From Eledone cirrhosa (lineage: Eukaryota): a stretch of DNA of 51,588 nt. A program made the position numbers and the translations under genes. Of the stretch, positions 28,226 through 39,000 are shown one piece after another. Below the pieces are notes generated by a model. The model ran no database searches. It worked only from the letters and a program-made list of their open reading frames with translations, and was not told the DNA's origin. The stretch lies in contig CAXHJY010000213.1 in assembly GCA_964016885.1 (NCBI GenBank), forward strand, positions 1 to 51,588, written 5' to 3'. Within the stretch, counting starts at the first letter, position 1, and every line of letters begins with the position of its first letter.

Positions 28226-28453
28226 TTAACCCTTAAGCATTCACATTACTCCATATTTACTATTATATTTTCACAGTAAAGGCTTTATTTAACTTAATTA
28301 TCTCACATAATATCGAATGTATGAGATTTTGATGTTATTTAATTGAAAACAATACCTTAATGTAGGTATGAACGGCTAGTTACAACCAGTTTGAACAGAA
28401 AGAGGTGAGAGAATTTTGGCCGGATACAGCCAGTTTAAATGCTAAAGGGTTAA
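28226..28453. mobile_element. TTAA-flanked MITE (piggyBac-like), copy 2
   Basis: TTAACCCTTAAGCATT ... AATGCTAAAGGGTTAA terminal inverted repeats. Confidence 0.8.
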
Positions 28454-28522
28454 CCAGCTTTCCCCTTCCCAAAACTACTGGTCTTGTACCTAAGTTATAA
28501 ATCTACTAAACTGCACCAACAG

Positions 28523-28777
28523 GTCATCAACTTGGTCGCTGGTTCATTGAAGTAAAGTCTGCAAAGTTGCCTGATGTTATTGAAGCTCAGCTGATCACAG
28601 AAGTCAACATTACTGATAGCTACAGCAGTGACTGTGCCATTTGGTGTCTCAGTTGGTCGACATGTCGTTCGTTTCTCTTCAACAAAGCCAACAATGAATG
28701 CAAGCTCTATTCAGCAAGTGCCACAAATGAAGCTTTAGTACCAACCATCGGTTATAACTATTACCAGTTGATCAAAC
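28523..28777 (+). CDS. Host exon encoding a PAN/apple-like domain (85 codons, phase 1-1)
   Basis: Acceptor ccaacag|, donor |gtaagt; DCAIWCLSWSTCRSFLFNKANNECKLYS fits the PAN C-x3-C-x5-C-x-SF-x-F/Y-x6-C-x-L pattern. Confidence 0.8.
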
Positions 28778-28823
28778 GTAAGTGGGATTTCATAAATCAC
28801 TACTTTAAAAAAAATATTTCTAA

Positions 28824-28931
<108 letters not shown>

Positions 28932-29077
28932 CTGTCTTTCTGTTTGTCTATCTAACTATGTGTATATATATACATATATATTATTTGTATGTGTATATAT
29001 ATATATATATATATATAACCCATGCTAGCATAGAAGATAGACGTTAAACGATGAAGATGATGATGATGATGATTATG

Positions 29078-29158
<81 letters not shown>

Positions 29159-29757
29159 AAAGAATAGAGGTGTAACACACAAGTTATTATATATTGGTAA
29201 ACGGAATAGAAAATGCTGACAAATTGTTCACAGTTGAAAAATGGTTTAATTAGGAATAAAAGAGTATTAGTGATTGTATGGGTTAGTATTGTTTTGACCA
29301 TAATCTTTGCTGGAGCCACTTTTCTAACATTTTAACATAAAAACAGTCTTGGCGCAAAATCAACTTTTTACATTCACATGACCTCTACCGACCAATCAAA
29401 ATTGTTTTGACCACAAGCATTTTTACAACACAAAAATAACGCTGGAGCCATTTTTTTAACATAAAAACAGGTAGAATTCCCAAAACTAATCAGATCAGAG
29501 CAAACAGCACGGACACTCTATCTCAAAATTATTTTTGAAAAGCATTTAGAAATGCGCAACCGGTAAAAACTTAAAAACTTAAAACCACAACTGAATACTA
29601 ACCCATACAATCACTAATACTCTTTTATTCCTAATTAAACCATTTTTCAACTGTGAACAATTTGTCAGCATTTTCTATTCCGTTTACCAATATATAATAA
29701 CTTGTGTGTTACACCTCTATTCTTTTAACTATCATATCCTCACACGAGATACAGAAA

Positions 29758-31068
29758 ATGCCAACAAAAACGGATACAACCCTCATCAACTCAAATGAAG
29801 AGATCCTACAGGAACTCAAGAAAATCAACACCAACCTATCTTTGCTGGTCGACAAACTTGACTCCACAAATAAGGAAACCGCCACCGGATACAAACCCTC
29901 CGAAATCGGCGACAAACTCCAAAACCTTTGCGATACTATCCAAACTATGTTCACTACTACCAACCCAGGAAAAACCAACGAAGAACCATGTGAGATTGAT
30001 TCACACAAAATGAAAATTCGAACAATTCCAAAATGGAACAAATCCCTCAGAGACAGAAAGTTCTCATTCTGGAAGATGATACAAAATCACAACAAAGCAG
30101 AGATATATGAAAAATGGCTTAACTCAACCCCTCTAACTCTCCCCCGTAAACTACAAATAAAGTCCATTCCAAATGAACCCGAACCTCAAAGACACCTTAG
30201 GGAAAGAATGGCATTGGAAAAAATGAAGACAGAAATTGAACTTCTTAAACTGAGGGCCCAGACAAATGAAGAAAAAATCAAAACCATCGATGAAGAGATC
30301 CTCCTGGAAATCAACAACAAAACTGAAGGCCCCAAGGTAGAGAAGATCTCCAAATTATGGAAAGGGGACTGCAACAGAGAAGAACTGAAATCCCTTCAAC
30401 GCTGGGAAAAAAGTGCCGCTTGGTTCCTACACTATGAATCGACTTTTCAAACGGATTACACCTCCAATAACCCGTTCATAAAAATAGGAAAACCCATAAC
30501 TGAACCGCACAACAACTTCTCAAACCCCTAAGCCTCAAACAAACGAAGAAGGAAGCACCACACCGAAGATGAACTTCCCAACCTCGCTACCATAAGAAGG
30601 AACAAAAACCCAAGAAATCATCTCCCCCAGAATGACATTTACAACTTTCCCCCTTCAAGGAGACACCATACCAAATCACTCAACTACTACGCGGATTCCT
30701 CATCGTCAAACATAGGGAAAAGATACCACCGCCATGATAGATGCAACAACTTCCCCGCCTCAAGGGGACAGCAAGGTAATTACCATTTTCTCAACTCTCA
30801 CTTCCACAATACACAACAAACCCACACCACACGATACAACCAACAACGTAGGCCACTTATAACACCACAATACAACATGGCACATAGAAACACACACCCA
30901 TACTCGCAGTACAGGAACACCCCATTCAATCTACAACCACCAACCCGAACCACATTTTACAACAACAAGGAATATAACAAGCACAGGAGACCACTTAACA
31001 TCAGCAGACAACCCCTCTACCCCAACCATTTTTTAGACACAGCACACAGATACAGGCAAACAAAATAA
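29758..31068 (+). CDS. PLE ORF1: coiled-coil N-terminal half and basic N/H/R/Q-rich C-terminal half (436 codons, one in-frame TAA at 30529)
   Basis: The ORFs at 29704-30531 and 30877-31068 share one frame, and manual translation of 30532-30876 shows no stop. Confidence 0.75.
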
Positions 31069-33353
31069 CACAAGACAGGGAGGAGAAACCGATAGTAATA
31101 AAAATTATCAATCTTACTAGTGCAGAACCAACACCCAACCTTATCAACTTACTCTCCAAAGGTCTTAAATTCACACCGACCCCACTACGTCCTAACTACT
31201 ATGAAATGAAGGAAGACATCACAGACTTCTGTAGAAAGTTACCACTTAGTGAACAACTATTCGACCAGTACAATGAGGATGAATCATTAGCCAGAAATAG
31301 AAGCAATTACACCCCTTCAAAAGGTAGAAATAAAATCCTGGACGAATTCTGTGAACACATCACAAACTTCCCTTACCAACACTTGCACAGACAAAAACAC
31401 AAGCCAAACCTCAACAAGAAAGAATGGGAAGAATTAAATAGATTAAAAACCGACAGAACCATTACAATTAAAGAGGCTGATAAAGGGAGTACAGTAGTCC
31501 TAATGGAGACAGAATTCTATATCAACTTAGCGCTCTCCACTTTGGAAAACGAAACATACTACGAAAAGGCTGAACACTACAATCAACAGAAAATTATGAG
31601 AAACCTAAAAACTCTAATCAACCAATACAAAGAAGGACTCACTAACAAGGAATTCAGCTTCATCACAGACTTCACAAGTAAATCCAGCCTTTTCTACGGT
31701 ATCCCTAAAGTACATAAAAGCGAATCAATCAGTAAGGCATGCAAGGAAGCCACAGACATAGTCATCAATGTCCCCTCACCCAATGATCTCAAATTAAGAC
31801 CTATAATAGCAGGCCCCGCTTGCGAAACGCACCGTCTTAGCAACTTCATTGATACCCTTCTCAAACCCTTCCTCAAGCACATCAAAAGCTATATAAGGGA
31901 CGACCTAGATATGCTCAATCACCTCCCTAATATGCCACTTTCTGAACAAACCCTACTAGTGACGTTCGATGTAGTCAACCTATACTCCAACATCCCCCAC
32001 AACCTAGGAATAGAAGCTATCCAATTCTGGCTGGATAACTTCCACAATGAACTCCCACAACGCATCAAAAAAGAATTCGTGATAGAGGGACTCAAATTTA
32101 TCTTGGAGAACAATTACTTCGTTTTCAATAACAAACCCTACAGGCAGAAATCTGGGACCGCTATGGGAACGAAAACAGCCCCTACGTATGCCAACCTAGT
32201 CATGGGATACCTGGAAATCACCCTCTACACTAAAGTCCTAAACAAATTTGGAAACACCCTCCACTTACACATTGAAAGGAACTGGAAGCGATATCTTGAT
32301 GACTGCTTCATCCTTTGGCACGAAAACATCGAAAAACTTAAAGAATTTCACACCCTTATAAATGGGCTCAACACAAATATTAACTTCACAATGGAATACA
32401 GCCATCAACAACTCCCCTTCCTCGACATCCTCATTAAGATCCATAACAAAAAAATAGAAACAGACATATACTACAAGCCCACAGACTCCAAGCAATACCT
32501 CCCCTTCAACTCTTGCCACCCTAGACACGTTAAAATTAATATTCCCTACAACTTAGCCAAGAGAATCTGTACTATAGTCTCCAATAAAAACATCTGCTAC
32601 TTACGGCTACAAGAACTAAAGGACACACTCATAGGCAGGGACTACCCTGCATCACTAATTGACAATGGAATCCAACGTGCCCTAAAACTCAGTACCCAGG
32701 ACCTTAGACACCCTAAAGTAAATCAACCAAAACTAAAAGCTCTTCCATACATCTCCACACACAACCCCCTCAACAACGAGGCCTTTGACACCATCCTCCA
32801 GAACATCCCTGTATTGAAAAAGGACCATAGAATGAACCAAATTCTACGAACACACGATATCATAAAAAGCAAAAGACAATCCAAGTCAATGAAAAACATC
32901 TTAACACATGCCAAAGTACTGCCAACCACAACAACGAAACCCACAGTAAAAAAATGCGATAGACCCAACTGTGGCATTTGCATCAACCTAATAGAGGGTT
33001 CGGAATTCTATTTCAAAGATGGACAACGTTTTATAGTAAAACACAATTTCACATGTGCATCGGAAAATTTAATATATGTATTAACTTGTTCAGGTTGTCG
33101 AGAACAATACATAGGCCAGACCAAAAACAGCCTCCGCCAACGCATGACTGTCCATAGATCCCAAATTAAAATACGGGAATACAGGAAAATACCACTGAGT
33201 GAACACATTGATACCTGCGCCGCCCAAAATCATCCCAACTTCAGAATCTTTCCCCTCTACAAATTTAAAGATAATGCCACCCACACCCAGCGCATCAGCA
33301 AGGAATCTTACTTCATTAACAAATACGGACCCCGTCTAAACACTTCTCCCTAA
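31032..33353 (+). CDS. PLE ORF2: reverse transcriptase, Zn-knuckle linker, GIY-YIG endonuclease
   Basis: IINLTS..LLSKGLKFTPTP, ADKGS, YGIPKVHK, LRPII, FDVVNLYSNIP, GTAMGT, RYLDD, LPFLDI, CxxxxCxxC, IYVLTC..YIGQT; frame open from 30999, first ATG only at 31206. Confidence 0.95.
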   Translation, partial: FRHSTQIQANKITQDREEKPIVIKIINLTSAEPTPNLINLLSKGLKFTPTPLRPNYYEMKEDITDFCRKLPLSEQLFDQYNEDESLARNRSNYTPSKGRNKILDEFCEHITNFPYQHLHRQKHKPNLNKKEWEELNRLKTDRTITIKEADKGSTVVLMETEFYINLALSTLENETYYEKAEHYNQQKIMRNLKTLINQYKEGLTNKEFSFITDFTSKSSLFYGIPKVHKSESISKACKEATDIVINVPSPNDLKLRPIIAGPACETHRLSNFIDTLLKPFLKHIKSYIRDDLDMLNHLPNMPLSEQTLLVTFDVVNLYSNIPHNLGIEAIQFWLDNFHNELPQRIKKEFVIEGLKFILENNYFVFNNKPYRQKSGTAMGTKTAPTYANLVMGYLEITLYTKVLNKFGNTLHLHIERNWKRYLDDCFILWHENIEKLKEFHTLINGLNTNINFTMEYSHQQLPFLDILIKIHNKKIETDIYYKPTDSKQYLPFNSCHPRHVKINIPYNLAKRICTIVSNKNICYLRLQELKDTLIGRDYPASLIDNGIQRALKLSTQDLRHPKVNQPKLKALPYISTHNPLNNEAFDTILQNIPVLKKDHRMNQILRTHDIIKSKRQSKSMKNILTHAKVLPTTTTKPTVKKCDRPNCGICINLIEGSEFYFKDGQRFIVKHNFTCASENLIYVLTCSGCREQYIGQTKNSLRQRMTVHRSQIKIREYRKIPLSEHIDTCAAQNHPNFRIFPLYKFKDNATHTQRISKESYFINKYGPRLNTSP

Positions 33354-33531
33354 GACGAACCCACAACATACACACGTCAACATACATACCTACATCAGCA
33401 CACATCTCTACCCACATATAAACACAATGACACACGTAAACACACATGCTCTATGGTGCAATACAAAAAAATATATGTGCATATATATGTATGTATATAT
33501 GTATATATATATATATATGTATGTAGTGAAA

Positions 33532-33579
<48 letters not shown>

Positions 33580-33984
33580 GTATATAGTGAATATCATTTC
33601 ACACCTTTTATTGTTAAGATTGTTGATGTTCTATTAAGAGAACCGATTTTACTGAAAAAATCGAATAATGTACACCATTTTACCAGGGGGGGGAAAAAAA
33701 TACTGGTCCACCCACACACGCACACACACACACACACACATATATACACAGACACATACACACGCGTACATCAACATACAAAGAGACTTATACACACACA
33801 CACACACACACACGCACTTCTCCGTATAAGACAAAAGCTGAAAAATATCTTTTGACCTTCGAATGACTCTGCTGTGTGTATGTACGCACACACACACACA
33901 CACACACACACACTTATCTTAATAGCCATTTGACACACATCGCTGGTGGCTATTGTCGCAGCATCGAATACCTTACTACTACTA

Positions 33985-34032
<48 letters not shown>

Positions 34033-34508
34033 TTGTTGTGAAAGAGTCATTTCTCAATCTTGGCGCAAAACCAATTTTTTATCCACATGACCTCTACCGA
34101 CCAATCAAAATTGTTTTGACCATAATCTTTGCTGGAGCCACTTTTCTAACATTTTAACATAAAAACAGTCTTGGCGCAAAATCAACTTTTTACATTCACA
34201 TGACCTCTACCGACCAATCAAAATTGTTTTGACCACAAGCATTTTTACAACACAAAAATAACGCTGGAGCCATTTTTTTAACATAAAAACAGGTAGAATT
34301 CCCAAAACTAATCAGATCAGAGCAAACAGCACGGACACTCTATCTCAAAATTATTTTTGAAAAGCATTTAGAAATGCGCAACCGGTAAAAACTTAAAAAC
34401 TTAAAACCACAACTGAATACTAACCCATACAATCACTAATACTCTTTTATTCCTAATTAAACCATTTTTCAACTGTGAACAATTTGTCAGCATTTTCTAT
34501 TCCGTTTA

Positions 34509-34600
<92 letters not shown>

Positions 34601-34639
34601 TATGTATATATATATATATATGTAAGTATGTGTGTATAC

Positions 34640-34925
34640 GTGTCAGTGTTGAACAAAAAGGTGACGTGGTTGCCTTAACACCGTACGGCATAAAAATTCA
34701 GGCTGTTCAGTTTGTTTACAAACAAACAAAGCGGCGTTATAATAAGCGTCCGCTAAACTGATACGTGCATATATGTATGTGTACCTGTATGTATATATGT
34801 ATATATATATATATATGCATGCTACTGTACGTCTGTATACCTATATGTATGTACGTATACACACATACTTACATTTAAGTAAGTGCCGTACTAAGAGTGA
34901 GAAATGAAATTTCGTTTTCATTTTA
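34640..34925 (+). mobile_element. Second copy of the 27332-27600 segment, between (TA)n tracts
   Basis: Direct homology. Confidence 0.75.
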
Positions 34926-34931
34926 TTTCAA

Positions 34932-35004
<73 letters not shown>

Positions 35005-35261
35005 GTTCCAAAATACCGTCTCAAATGATATTAAACTTATAAATCCTCTAGAAATGTTTTTTGTTTCTCTAAAAAGACAGTGAGCCTATAAGAAGTAGAT
35101 AAAGATATTTATAGTCAACTTATCCTGAACAAAATAACTAATAAATACTGGAAGGCTAGATCAGACAGCCATAACAAAATTAATGATGTAGCCAAGGAAA
35201 TTGCTAGAAACTTTAAGATCGATATTAGAGTAGAACATGATGCCTTTCTCACCTGACATTA

Positions 35262-35680
35262 TTAACATTGCGGTGAATTAGCAGTATCAGTAGAGGGTCG
35301 AACGCCATGCTTTGCAGCATAGAGTTACGGCTCTTTATGATCTGAGCTCAAATCCCGCCGAGGTTAACTTTGCCTTTCATCCTTATGCAGTCGATAAAAT
35401 AAAGTACCAGTCACGCACTGGGGTCGATTTAATCGACTTTCCCCACCCCCCAAATTACTGGCCTTGTGCCAATATAAGAAACCATTATTAACATTGTGGT
35501 GAATTGGCAGTATCAGTAGAGGGTCGGACGCCATGCTTTCCAACATAGTTACGTCCCTTTACGGTCTGAGTTCAAATCCCGTCGAGGTTAACTTTGCCTT
35601 TCATCCTTACGGTGTCGATAAAATAAAGTACCAGTAAACTACTGGTTAATTGCTGGCCTTGTGACAAAAGTAGAAATAAT
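35262..35680 (+). mobile_element. Two tandem SINE copies
   Basis: ggtgaattggcagtatcagtagag...ttcaaatcccg(c/t)cgaggttaactttgcctttcatcc...aaagtaccagt, twice. Confidence 0.85.
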
Positions 35681-36011
35681 TATTTTGTCAGGCCTAGGTG
35701 TAGATTGATAAGGCTGACTAGAACTGAATGGTGATTTAAGAAAGATTAATTTACACATTAAGAACAGCAGTAACTTGTCACAGTAGAACAATGTATTTGT
35801 CAAGTCCTGGTTCAGTGACCTTCTGTTATAAAATACACCTAGATTCACCCAGTTCGATACAGTAGATTATACCCCTCCATTTCTAGGCCACTTTTAGTCA
35901 AAGCTTTAGAGTTTGGCTGTGCTGTAGTTTTTGTTACATTAGCGACCAGGAATTAGAATTAAATATGCATGCTTATGAGGTTGTGTAAATATGCATGCTT
36001 ATGAGGTTGTG

Positions 36012-39000
36012 CCATTTCTGTCCTACCACTTTGTCCTACCATTTCTGTCCTACAATTTCTGTCCTACCATTTCTGTCCTATCACTTTGTCCTACCATTTC
36101 TGTCCTACCATTTCTGTCCTACCAATTTGTCCTACCCTCTCTGTCCTACCATTTCTGTCCTACCACTTTGTCCTACCATTTCTGTCCTACCCTTTCTGTC
36201 CTACCCTTTCTGTCCTACCACTTTGTCCTACCATTTCTGTCCTACAATTTCTGTCCTACCATTTCTGTCCTATCACTTTGTCCTACCATTTCTGTCCTAC
36301 CATTTCTGTCCTACCACTTTGTCCTACCCTCTCTGTCCTACCATTTCTGTCCTACCACTTTGTCCTACCATTTCTGTCCTACCCTTTCTGTCCTACCATT
36401 TCTGTCCTACCACTTTGTCCTACCCTTTCTGTCCTACCCTTTCTGTCCTACCATTTCTGTCCTACCAATTTGTCCTACCCTTTCTGTCCTACCAGTTATC
36501 TCCTACCAATTTGTCCTACCCTTTCTGTCCTACCATTTCTTTCCTACCCTTTCTGTCCTACCCTTTCTGTGCTACCCTTTCTGTCCTACCATTTCTGTCC
36601 TACCACTTTGTCCTGCCATTTCTGTCCTACCATTTCTGTCCTACCACTTTGTCCTACCCTTTCTGTCCTACCCTTTCTGTCCTACCATTTCTGTCCTACC
36701 ACTTTGTCCTACCCTTTCTGTCCTACCCTTTCTGTCCTACCACTCTGTCCTACCCTTTCTGTCCTACCATTTCTGTCCTACCACTTTGTCCTACCCTTTC
36801 TGTCCTACCACTCTGTCCTACCCTTTCTGTCCTATCATTTCTGTCCTACCACTTTGTCCTACCATTTCTATCCTACCACTCTGACCTACCATTTCTGACC
36901 TATCACTTTGTCCTACCATTTCTGTCCTACCACTTTGTCCTACCATTTCTGTCCTACCACTTTGTCCTAAACTTTCTGTCCTACCATTTCTGTCCTACCC
37001 TTTCTGTCCTACCCTTTCTACCTACCCTTTCTGTCCTACCATTTCTGTCCTACCATTTCTGTCCTACCGTTTCTGTCCTACCACTCTGTCCTACCATTTC
37101 TGTCCTAGCACTTTGCTCTACCCTTTCTGTCCTACCACTCTGTCCTACCATTTCTGTCGTACCCTTTCTGTCCTACCACTCTGTCCTAGCACTTTGCCCT
37201 ACTCTTTCTGTCCTACCACTCTGTCCTACCATTTCTGTCGTACCATTTCTGTCCTACCCTTTCTGTCCTACCATTTCTGTCCTACCATTTCTGTCCTAGC
37301 ACTTTGTCCTACCATTTCTGTCGTACCATTTCTGTCCTAGCACTCTGTCCTACCATTTCTGTCGTACCGTTTCTGTCCTAGCACTCTGTCCTACCACTCT
37401 GTCCTACCATTTCTGTCGTACCATTTCTGTCCTAGCACTCTGTCCTACCCTTTCTGTCCTACCAATCTGTCCTACAATTTCTGTCGCACCATTTCTGTCC
37501 TAGCACTCTGTCATACCACTCTGTCCTACCATATATGTCCTAGCACTCTGTCCTACCACTCTGTCCTACCATTTCTGTCGTACCATTTCTGTCCTAGCAC
37601 TCTGTCCTGCCATTTCTGTCCTACCACTCTGTCCTACCATTTCTGTCGTACCATTTCTGTCCTAGCACTCTGTCCTACAATTTCTGTCCTACCACTCTGT
37701 CCTACCATTTCTGTCGTACCATTTCTGTCAAAGCACTCTGTCCTACACTTTCTGTCCTACCACTCTGTCCTACCATTTCTGTCATACCATTTCTGTCCTA
37801 GCACTCTGGCCTACCACTCTGTTCTACCATTTCTGTCGTACCATTTCTGTCCTAGCACTCTGTCCTGCCATTTCTGTCCTACCATTTCTGTCCTACCATT
37901 TCTGTCGTACCATTTCTGTCCTAGCACTCTGTCCTACCACTCTGTCCTACCATTTCTGTCGTACCATTTCTGTCCTAGCACTCTGTCCTACCATTTCTGT
38001 CGTACCATTTCTGTCCTACCCTTTCTGTCCTACCCTTTCTGTCCTACCACTCTGTCCTACCATTTCTGTCCTACCACTCTGTCCTACCATTTCTGTCGTA
38101 CCATTTCTGTCCTAGCACTCTGTCCTACCACTCTGTCCTACCACTCTGTCCTACCATTTCTGTCGTACCATTTCTGTCCTACCACTCTGTCCTACCATTT
38201 CTGTCCTACCACTCTGTCCTACCCTTTCTGTCCTACCACTCTGTCCTACCATTTCTGTCCTACCACTCTGTCCTACCATTTCTGTCGTACCATTTCTGTC
38301 CTAGCACTCTGTCCTACCACTCTGTCCTACCACTCTGTCCTACCATTTCTGTCGTACCATTTCTGTCCTACCACTCTGTCCTACCATTTCTGTCGTACCA
38401 TTTCTGTCGTACCATTTCTGTCCTACCATTTCTGTCCTAGCACTCTGTCCTACCACTCTGTCCTACCATTTCTGTCGTACCATTTCTGTCCTAGCACTCT
38501 GTCCTGCCATTTCTGTCCTACCATTTCTGTCCTACCACTCTGTCCTACCATTTCTGTCCTACCACTCTGTCCTACCATTTCTGTCCTACCACTCTGTCCT
38601 ACCATTTCTGTCCTACCACTCTGTCCTACCACTCTGTCCTACCATTTCTGTCCTAGCACTCTGTCCTACCATTTCTGTCGTACCATTTCTGTCCTACCAT
38701 TTCTGTCCTACCACTCTGTCCTACCATTTCTGTCCTAGCACTCTGTCCTGCCATTTCTGTCGTACCATTTCTGTCCTACCATTTCTGTCCTACCACTCTG
38801 TCCTACCATTTCTGTCCTACCACTCTGTCCTGCCATTTCTGTCCTACCACTCTGTCCTGCCATTTCTGTCCTACCACTCTGTCCTACCACTCTGTCCTGC
38901 CATTTCTGTCCTACCACTCTGTCCTACCACTCTGTCCTACCACTCTGTCCTACCACTCTGTCCTACCATTTCTGTCCTACCACTCTGTCCTACCATTTCT

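Larger units (their letters stand above)
29152..34518 (+). mobile_element. Near-intact Penelope-like retroelement (Neptune-type) with direct pLTRs and a 5' inverted segment
   Basis: Direct repeats 29288-29696 and 34110-34518; 29152-29290 is the reverse complement of 29595-29732; RT plus GIY-YIG ORF; both ends in (TA)n. Confidence 0.95.

Noticed and set aside
29500-29570. GAAA-TGCGCA in the pLTR as a hammerhead 3' half
   Set aside because: No upstream CUGANGA and no NUH triplet or stem I.
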